A stretch of DNA of 20,000 bases from an uncultured virus (IMG/VR IMGVR_UViG_3300029947_000227) (lineage: Duplodnaviria > Heunggongvirae > Uroviricota > Caudoviricetes). The stretch lies in IMG/VR virus record IMGVR_UViG_3300029947_000227. One strand, given 5' to 3'. The stretch's first letter is position 1. Each line of letters starts with the position of its first letter. The position numbers and the translations under genes are program-made. This document shows positions 1 to 6,096 of the stretch, in pieces. A model generated the notes under the pieces. The model was not told the DNA's origin. It was given only the letters and a program-made list of their open reading frames with translations, and made no database searches.

Positions 1-135
1 GAATGGAACATATTCACCGCAATTAACGGTTAATTAATACGCGAACATTTCTGAATACGCAAAGTCATTATGAAAAAATAAGCGTGGGAATTTCACAAAA
101 ATCTAATCAATTGAAATATCGGGAAAATCATCCAT
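1..135. promoter_or_regulatory. AT-rich non-coding region with palindrome AATTAAC-G-GTTAATT (21-35)
   Basis: Strongly AT-rich against the GC-rich background, several A-tracts, perfect 7-bp inverted repeat with 1-nt spacer, no credible ORF. Confidence 0.45.
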
Positions 136-173
136 GGCTTCCCGCCGATCCGCCCGGCTCGCGCCGGACGCCT

Positions 174-180
174 GACGCAT
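174..180 (+). promoter_or_regulatory. GACGCAT box
   Basis: 13 nt before ATG 194. Confidence 0.6.
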
Positions 181-193
181 AGCACCCGGCGTC

Positions 194-430
194 ATGACAA
201 CTTCACCGCTCGCTCAGGACGTCCTTATGTATCGTCATCCCACCGACGTTTTCGCCCGGCTCGTCGCATCCGGCGCGCAGGCCGGCGCGAGGATCGAGAC
301 GCGCCGCCGCCGTCGCGCCCGCCTTCGCGCCGCGCTCGATGCGCTTCAGGTCATCCTCGTCCTACTGCTGGCCTACGGCCTTGTCGCCGGCGGTTTCCTC
401 GTCGCCTCGACGATTATCCTCTTCACCTGA
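194..430 (+). CDS. Small membrane protein, 78 aa (alternative start 227 with AGGA RBS gives 67 aa)
   Basis: Arg-rich stretch followed by C-terminal hydrophobic segment (VILVLLLAYGLVAGGFLVASTIILF); GC-ending codons; GACGCAT box at 174-180 upstream. Confidence 0.65.
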   Translation: MTTSPLAQDVLMYRHPTDVFARLVASGAQAGARIETRRRRRARLRAALDALQVILVLLLAYGLVAGGFLVASTIILFT

Positions 431-435
431 CGCAT
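429..435 (+). promoter_or_regulatory. GACGCAT box
   Basis: 11 nt before MTase ATG 447; no SD in between; overlaps upstream TGA. Confidence 0.7.
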
Positions 436-446
436 ACCCGCACGGC

Positions 447-2423
447 ATGAAATCCATCTCACTGTTCTCCGGTTACCTCGGCCTCGACCTCGGGGCGAGG
501 ATGGCCCTCGGCGACCTCGACACGATCCTCTGGGCGGACATCGAACCCGGACCCCAGGCGCTCTGCCGCTTCCATGCGCCCGACGCCCGCGAGGAGCACG
601 ACGTGGCCAACATCGACTGGTCCAAGCTACCGCATGTGGACGTGCTGACCGGCGGCTCGCCATGCCAAAGCGTGTCCCTAGCGGGCCTCAGGGCCGGCAT
701 GAAACAAGGCACCAGATCGGGGTTGTGGAGCTGCCAGGCCGACGCGATCGCGGCATTGCGCCCGAACATCATGATTCACGAAAACGTGTCGGGCGTTCTT
801 TCGGCCGCCGCCTCCGGCAAATACGACGTGACGCTCGCCGACCGGCGCGCCGCCAAACTCAGGGCGGCCGGCCTGTGCGGGTGCGACGAACCGGACCTCG
901 ACCTGCCCGACGGCGTGAATCCCGGCAGGGGGGAGGCGGCCCGCCGCGCCGACGACGCGCTCCTCGAGTGGGCCCAGACGCACGGCGGGAACGTGGCGAA
1001 CGTCTGCTGCAACCGCTGCGGCCTGCCCGTGTTCGAACGCGCGGACGGCAAACTGCTGAGCGGCGGGGCGCGCCTCAGGGGCGCGGACGCCTGGCCGTCC
1101 ATCAGGGCGCTGGGGCGCGTGCTCGGGGATCTGGCGAACCTCGGCTACGACGCCGCGTGGCGGGCCGTCGAGGCCGCCGACGTGGGCGCCCCGCACCACC
1201 GCCCGCGCGTGTTCACCGTCGCCTGGCCGCACCGGGACGGCGACGGGCCGGGCGGGGCGTGGGCCCGTTGGGACGGGGAACTGGACGCGTGGGTCACGGG
1301 CCAGCCGTCCCTGTTCGACGAGCCGAACGTGTTCCGCGGCTCATGGCCCAGGAGCGGCGTCATGGTCGCGGGCGCGGTGTCCGCCCCGCCCGCCTCGGTG
1401 CCCGCGCCGTCCGTGCTCTACGACTCCGAGAAGGCGGGCGGTCCCGACTGGTCGCGCGGCCGCGCCGAACAGGGCCGCCAGCTGGGACTCGCGGACGCGG
1501 TGAACCTGCTGCCCACGCCGATCGCCCACGACGCCCAGGGCGGCAAGACGCCCGAACAGGTGGCCGCCGCCAGGGCTCAACGGTATGGGGTGTCCAATTT
1601 GAACGAGACGGTCGTCAACGAGCTGCTGCCCACCCCGGTCGCCCGCGACGTCAAAGGCGGTAACATCCGAGGCACCCAGGACTGCCTGCCGGGCGCCGTG
1701 GGGATGGGCATGGCCCTGCTGCCGACCCCTGTGGCCGGCGACGGCGACAAGGGCGGGCCGAACGCCCGCCACGGCAGTGGCGACAAGCCCCTGTCCTCGG
1801 TTCTGCTGCCCACCCCGGCCGCCACGGACGGCGACGGACGCGGACCCGTCCCCGTGGCCGTCCGCAAAGCCGGGGGCCATTCGGTCCATCTGGCGGACAC
1901 GATCTGCGACCGGACGGTCGACTGGGGGCGCTTCGCCCCGGCGATCCGCCGTTGGGAACGGGTGCTGGGACGTCCCGCCCCCGACCCCAGCCAAATATCA
2001 GGGTCGATGATCCACTGGGCTCGGGGCGCCCAGGACAACCTGTTCGACCCGGCCTGGCTGGCCGAACGCTGCCCCGGGTGCGAGAACGCCGGTCGCATGG
2101 CCGACTGGCCCCTGTGGAAGCGCATCCACGCCGGCGAAATCGCCCCGGACGAGGTGATCGGCGCGACCCGCCTGCCCCATCCGGCGATCCTCAACGCCTG
2201 GGCCAAACGCCAGACCCGTCGCATCTCGCCCACCTGCCTGAGCCCCCGCTTCGTCGAATGGATGATGGGCCTGCCGGCCGGCTGGGTCACCGACCCCGCC
2301 ATCTGGAGGGGCGTGCCCGGCAACCACCGCAACCTCCAATTGCGCGCCCTGGGCAACGGGGTGTGCCCCCGGCAGGCCGCCGCCGCGATCAGGTGGGCGG
2401 TGAAGGTCAGGGAGACGATCTAG
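447..2423 (+). CDS. DNA (cytosine-5) methyltransferase, phage/plasmid type, 658 aa
   Basis: Motif I SLFSGYLGLDLG directly after Met447, motif IV GGSPCQ (catalytic Cys at 663), VI ENV (780), VIII GAPHHRPRVF, C-terminal VEWMMGLPAGW and ALGNGV. Start moved from 339 to 447 because motif I begins there and the GACGCAT box lies 11 nt upstream. Confidence 0.93.
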   Translation: MKSISLFSGYLGLDLGARMALGDLDTILWADIEPGPQALCRFHAPDAREEHDVANIDWSKLPHVDVLTGGSPCQSVSLAGLRAGMKQGTRSGLWSCQADAIAALRPNIMIHENVSGVLSAAASGKYDVTLADRRAAKLRAAGLCGCDEPDLDLPDGVNPGRGEAARRADDALLEWAQTHGGNVANVCCNRCGLPVFERADGKLLSGGARLRGADAWPSIRALGRVLGDLANLGYDAAWRAVEAADVGAPHHRPRVFTVAWPHRDGDGPGGAWARWDGELDAWVTGQPSLFDEPNVFRGSWPRSGVMVAGAVSAPPASVPAPSVLYDSEKAGGPDWSRGRAEQGRQLGLADAVNLLPTPIAHDAQGGKTPEQVAAARAQRYGVSNLNETVVNELLPTPVARDVKGGNIRGTQDCLPGAVGMGMALLPTPVAGDGDKGGPNARHGSGDKPLSSVLLPTPAATDGDGRGPVPVAVRKAGGHSVHLADTICDRTVDWGRFAPAIRRWERVLGRPAPDPSQISGSMIHWARGAQDNLFDPAWLAERCPGCENAGRMADWPLWKRIHAGEIAPDEVIGATRLPHPAILNAWAKRQTRRISPTCLSPRFVEWMMGLPAGWVTDPAIWRGVPGNHRNLQLRALGNGVCPRQAAAAIRWAVKVRETI

Positions 2424-2674
2424 AGGGAATGCGAGAGCGGCCCTCCGTCCGATCGGCTGGACGACGGACGGCGAACTTGGCGACCGGTCTCCGCTGGTGA
2501 ACACGAGATCGCCCGACACGTCGGCCTCATCCAGCAGGTCGAGGTCATTGGAGGCGTTGCGCTGGTCGCGCATCTGCCGCAGTGCGACCGGCGACTCGGG
2601 CAGAAGATTGCGCGGAAACGACGCCGGCAGATCGCATCCGGCGTCCCACAGAAACCATTGGCCGTCGAAGACCG

Positions 2675-4201
2675 CTACATGTCGGCCGGCGCGCCGGACG
2701 TTGAGCCTGCCCGGCGCGGCGTCGCACCGGTCCGCGATGGCATCCACTGCGAACCCATGCCAGTCGCGGGGATGTTCGGCAATGCCGGAAGCAGGTGAGG
2801 TGAGGCGGTCGTGCTGTCGGAAGTCCACGACGGCATCGTGCGTCCTATGTTCGACGAGGCCCGGCGGGACGCCCTGCCGGCCTCCTTCTGCGGCTTCGTC
2901 TCCTCGGGCCGCTCCAGCAGTCCGATCAGCCCGATCAGGGGCAGCGTGTACCGCGCCTGCCAGCCGCCCACCAGCGTCGAGGACGCGTCCAACGCGTCCG
3001 GCCTGGTCCAGGTCAGCATGAGCGAGGCGAACGTGACGGCCAGCGCGCCGAACGCCGCCAGCAGCCACACGACGGTCAGCCGACGGTCCGGCGCGCCGCG
3101 GCGCAGATACCATGCGGCGAGCGCGGCGCACACCGTCAACGTCACCGCATCCAGACCGAACCCGCGCCCAACCCACGCCACGACGTTCTCCACGATGATG
3201 CGCACATCGTCCAGAGGATGCGCCTTGATCCACGCGCCCGTCAACGCCTGGTCGACCCCGGCCGCACCCATGCCGTTCGCGCGGGTCGACTGGAACCACA
3301 GGAAGACGATCGCCGTCGGCAGTGTCGAGGCCGCCAGGGCGACCCTCTTGCGCCAGCCGGCCTCCGGCGCGAACACCGCGACCAGAGCCAACGGCGTGTA
3401 GGCGGTTTTCGCCAGGACCAGCAGCGCCGCCACCGGCATCAGGCAGCCGAACCACGGCCAGTTCGGCCGCGCCCACGCCCGCCCCGTCAGAGCCACCGCC
3501 AGCGTCGCCAGGGCGATCACCGTGGCGTCGCCCGACAATGAGGACGCCAGAAACACGGCCACCGGGTTCGCCAGGGCGAACAGCAGGGCCGCGCGCCCCC
3601 GATCGGCCGCCGCCAACGCCACCAGTCCCAACGCCAGAAACACGGTCAGATTCACGAGCCTGCCCCATTGCAGGCATGTCCACACGTCCTTGTCCCGGCC
3701 CATCGCCAAAGCGACGCCAAACGCCTGCGGGGCGAACTGGGGGATCGCCGGATACTGGTTGTTGCGCCCGTTGCCCGTCACCAGGTCGTCATGCCAGGTT
3801 CCGCCCGACAATGCCGTCCGCTGGCTGTCGCGTTCCCCGTCCGAATAGGCGCTTGGCAGCGAGTCGGGGGAGGCGATCGCCAGCAGGATCGTGTCGGTGG
3901 TTTTCTGCACGCCGTGGCTGTTCGCCTCGTCCGCGAGGGCGCGGGGCAGTTGGATGTCCCTGATCTTGCGGTCCGAGCCGAGCTGATATTCGCTGCGGAT
4001 CGGGTTGTTCAGCTGTCGGCTCGCCAACGCCCACGTCTGGTCGGCGTACATCCACGGGTCGGGTGCGGTGAGTGGGCCGAACACATGGGCGAACGACCAT
4101 CCCTGGGTCAGTACGAGGGCGATCAGAAGCACAAGATACGGGATGGCGGGGGACAGTCCGGCCGGTAGACGCCGGACGGGCTTGTGATGGTTGACGGTCA
4201 T
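2675..4201 (-). CDS. DUF2142-like polytopic membrane protein (predicted GT-C fold glycosyltransferase)
   Basis: Many TM segments; family-like motifs GPLTAPD, QFAPQAFGVAL...GRLVNL, NPVAVFLASSLSGD, LAKTAY, GWQARYTLP. The last ~75 aa look non-conserved. Confidence 0.8.
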   Translation of the reverse strand: MTVNHHKPVRRLPAGLSPAIPYLVLLIALVLTQGWSFAHVFGPLTAPDPWMYADQTWALASRQLNNPIRSEYQLGSDRKIRDIQLPRALADEANSHGVQKTTDTILLAIASPDSLPSAYSDGERDSQRTALSGGTWHDDLVTGNGRNNQYPAIPQFAPQAFGVALAMGRDKDVWTCLQWGRLVNLTVFLALGLVALAAADRGRAALLFALANPVAVFLASSLSGDATVIALATLAVALTGRAWARPNWPWFGCLMPVAALLVLAKTAYTPLALVAVFAPEAGWRKRVALAASTLPTAIVFLWFQSTRANGMGAAGVDQALTGAWIKAHPLDDVRIIVENVVAWVGRGFGLDAVTLTVCAALAAWYLRRGAPDRRLTVVWLLAAFGALAVTFASLMLTWTRPDALDASSTLVGGWQARYTLPLIGLIGLLERPEETKPQKEAGRASRRASSNIGRTMPSWTSDSTTASPHLLPALPNIPATGMGSQWMPSRTGATPRRAGSTSGAPADM

Positions 4202-4212
4202 GACCTTGGGTC

Positions 4213-4219
4213 ATGCGTC
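4213..4219 (-). promoter_or_regulatory. GACGCAT box
   Basis: 11 nt before DUF2142 ATG 4201. Confidence 0.7.
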
Positions 4220-4233
4220 ACCGCTGGAGGTGG

Positions 4234-4362
4234 CTACCTGCCGGTGAACAGGCTCGCCGCCAAGCCCACGATGAACGCGGCGGCGCGCACAACGGCCACG
4301 AGGACAAGCCTCAACAGGCCGAACGCGGCCAAGCCCAATAGAAATGCGATGAGAGTGAACAT
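4234..4362 (-). CDS. 42-aa hydrophobic peptide (MFTLIAFLLGLAAFGLLRLVLVAVVRAAAFIVGLAASLFTGR)
   Basis: Strong RBS GGAAGGAG 10 nt before ATG at 4362; GACGCAT box at 4397-4391 just upstream of the RBS; almost wholly hydrophobic. Confidence 0.7.
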   Translation of the reverse strand: MFTLIAFLLGLAAFGLLRLVLVAVVRAAAFIVGLAASLFTGR

Positions 4363-4390
4363 GGCTTGCAGTCTCCTTCCGTGCGTCTTC

Positions 4391-4397
4391 ATGCGTC
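4391..4397 (-). promoter_or_regulatory. GACGCAT box
   Basis: 10 nt before the GGAAGGAG RBS of the 42-aa peptide. Confidence 0.65.
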
Positions 4398-4413
4398 CGA
4401 CGGCAGAAGAGTG

Positions 4414-4441
4414 GGAGGGGGTGTTCCAGAGCACCCCCTCC
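4414..4441. terminator. GC-rich hairpin GGAGGGGGTG-N8-CACCCCCTCC, terminator-like
   Basis: Perfect 10-bp inverted repeat (4414-4423 / 4432-4441) in intergenic DNA; followed on the minus strand by a pyrimidine-rich tail (CACTCTTCT) rather than a poly-U run. Confidence 0.5.
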
Positions 4442-4467
4442 TGTCTGCTTGACTGGGGAGAAAATGC

Positions 4468-4530
4468 CCGGCCGGGACGGGTCGGAACGGAAAACAAACA
4501 CGAAAAAACATTCCGCCCCGTCCCGGCCGG
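4468..4530. repeat. 20-bp inverted repeat (1 mismatch) around a 23-nt A-rich spacer; candidate sRNA hairpin on minus strand
   Basis: CCGGCCGGGACGGGTCGGAA (4468-4487) versus TTCCGCCCCGTCCCGGCCGG (4511-4530); spacer CGGAAAACAAACACGAAAAAACA. Confidence 0.9.
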
Positions 4531-4542
4531 ACGTTCGCTCCT

Positions 4543-4549
4543 ATGCGTC
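4543..4549 (-). promoter_or_regulatory. GACGCAT box
   Basis: 12 nt before the first base of the 20-bp stem (4530); overlaps HNH stop. Confidence 0.65.
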
Positions 4550-5201
4550 AAGCGCGCCGGCCGGTCAGGTCGAGCCCCGTCTCCAACTCGTCCGGCGGGA
4601 AATACGAGCGTCGCGCCCGTCTCAACGCCCACGTTTCGAACCGGGAGGGGATGCGGTCGCTTTTGCGGTTGTTGCACCGGGAGCACAAACCGACCTCATT
4701 GCCCCGCACCGTCGCCCCGCCTTTCGCATGCGGATACCAGTGGTCGCGCTGCAAATCATGGGCGATGGACCGCGTGCAACGTAGCAGGCCGAAGCAGTAC
4801 CGGTGTTCGCACCGGTTGTTCGCACACCGGCGGATCCATGCGAAATCCGCGTCCCCGAACAGGCGTTTCGGATCCCGCCCGTCCGGCCAGTCGTTGCCCG
4901 GGTCGGGCATGGGCCACGTGTACAAAACCCTCAGGACGGCGAGCATGGCGACCGCTCCCATGATCCACCACACCAGGGTCCACGGTACTTGATCCCACGC
5001 CGGGGTTTGCGTGGAACCCGTTTCGAACGTGTCGTTGGACGCGAGTTCGGGACTGTCGCGCATCAGGTTGACGTGCTCGCGTCCCAAGATCATGCCCGCG
5101 ATTCCACCCACGCCGGCGACCAGTCCGACGGTCGCCCTGATGGCCCACAGGGAGTACTGCCATTGCCGCCACGCATGCCACGCCTTCCAGAACAGTTTCA
5201 T
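4548..5201 (-). CDS. Membrane-anchored HNH endonuclease, 217 aa
   Basis: Two N-terminal hydrophobic segments, then RCEH...RC...DHWYPHAKGGATVRGNEVGLCSRCNNRKS (HNH/HNN core with CxxC). ATG 5201 overlaps the upstream stop (ATGA). Confidence 0.88.
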   Translation of the reverse strand: MKLFWKAWHAWRQWQYSLWAIRATVGLVAGVGGIAGMILGREHVNLMRDSPELASNDTFETGSTQTPAWDQVPWTLVWWIMGAVAMLAVLRVLYTWPMPDPGNDWPDGRDPKRLFGDADFAWIRRCANNRCEHRYCFGLLRCTRSIAHDLQRDHWYPHAKGGATVRGNEVGLCSRCNNRKSDRIPSRFETWALRRARRSYFPPDELETGLDLTGRRA

Positions 5202-5320
5202 GCGAACGCTCTGACGATCATGATGATCAGGCCGACGACCAGGAGGATCATGCCCGCGAGGGCGACCATGCGCCCCCAACCGTCGGAATCGTTCAGGAAA
5301 TCCTTTTTCGGGTCGTTCAC
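5198..5320 (-). CDS. 40-aa single-TM protein
   Basis: GTG at 5320 overlaps the upstream stop (GTGA), RBS GGGAGG 7 nt upstream, TM segment MVALAGMILLVVGLIIMIV, stop overlaps HNH start. Confidence 0.75.
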   Translation of the reverse strand: MNDPKKDFLNDSDGWGRMVALAGMILLVVGLIIMIVRAFA

Positions 5321-6090
5321 TTCCACGCCTCCCATGCTTTGAGTGTTTCGGCCTGTTCGAGCCCGTTGGCGACGAGCCGTTGGATCATGACGGTGGCGCG
5401 GTCCCGGTTCCTCTCCACCCACATGTCAACCCCGTCGGGGGTGAGACTGTCCGGGGTGAACATGTCGCCCCACGCGTCAGGGAGGGTTTGGAGGAGGGGG
5501 AGCGCGTCATCCCCCCCGCCGTCACGCGACAGGTCGATGACGGTGGCGGCGGCGAGGACGGGTGTGCCCAGCATGATCGACGTTTCCATGCCGCGCGCCC
5601 AGTCGAGCCAGAACTTGCGGTCGTATGCGCCGTCGAATGCGTGTTCCGCACGCTGTCGCACGTCGACGGCGATCCGGTCGCACATGTCGTCCGGCTCGCC
5701 GAGGTCATGCCAGTCGGACAGGGCGTCGACGCGGCCCATGTCGACGTTCATGCGGACGCCGTGCCACTCATTGTCCTCGCCGACGTCCATCAAATCCATG
5801 ACGAGCATCGCGTAGCCGACACGCAGCGCGTACGCCCCGGGGGTTTCGCCCCGCCCGTGGCGGCGGATTTCGTCGGGCAGCCAGGTTTCCGGACGGTCGA
5901 ACAGCCACATTTTGCGATCATGGTCCGCCCATCCGGCTGTTTCCGTGAGGATCGGCACGCCCAGCCATGGGGTGCGGGCGACGATGTTTGATGGCGGGTT
6001 GTCGCCTCCTATGAGGGTTGCCAGACGGTCGGCCCGTTCTTTTGCGGTGCGCGGGTCGAGGGTGACGAACGGTCCGGTCAGGTTGATCAT
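5317..6090 (-). CDS. Hypothetical cytoplasmic protein in transfer operon, 257 aa
   Basis: Protein-like composition, biased codons, starts 6 nt after the VirB6-like stop and is coupled to the next gene; no motif recognised. Confidence 0.8.
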   Translation of the reverse strand: MINLTGPFVTLDPRTAKERADRLATLIGGDNPPSNIVARTPWLGVPILTETAGWADHDRKMWLFDRPETWLPDEIRRHGRGETPGAYALRVGYAMLVMDLMDVGEDNEWHGVRMNVDMGRVDALSDWHDLGEPDDMCDRIAVDVRQRAEHAFDGAYDRKFWLDWARGMETSIMLGTPVLAAATVIDLSRDGGGDDALPLLQTLPDAWGDMFTPDSLTPDGVDMWVERNRDRATVMIQRLVANGLEQAETLKAWEAWK

Positions 6091-6096
6091 GTTGTC

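Noticed and set aside
339..446. N-terminal extension of the MTase ORF from ATG 339
   Set aside because: Overlaps the 194-430 gene, is Ser-rich off-frame text, and motif I starts right after Met447.
800..1100. Intein in the methyltransferase
   Set aside because: No C/S...HN-C/S/T splice junctions or LAGLIDADG motifs visible in either insertion.
4192..4220. Hairpin CATGACC-TTG-GGTCATG over the DUF2142 start codon
   Set aside because: Largely a by-product of the CAT-N11-ATG arrangement; half would be untranscribed if the mRNA is leaderless.
447..5201. MTase plus HNH nuclease as a restriction-modification pair
   Set aside because: They are 2 kb apart on opposite strands, and the HNH gene is membrane-anchored and coupled to the transfer operon.
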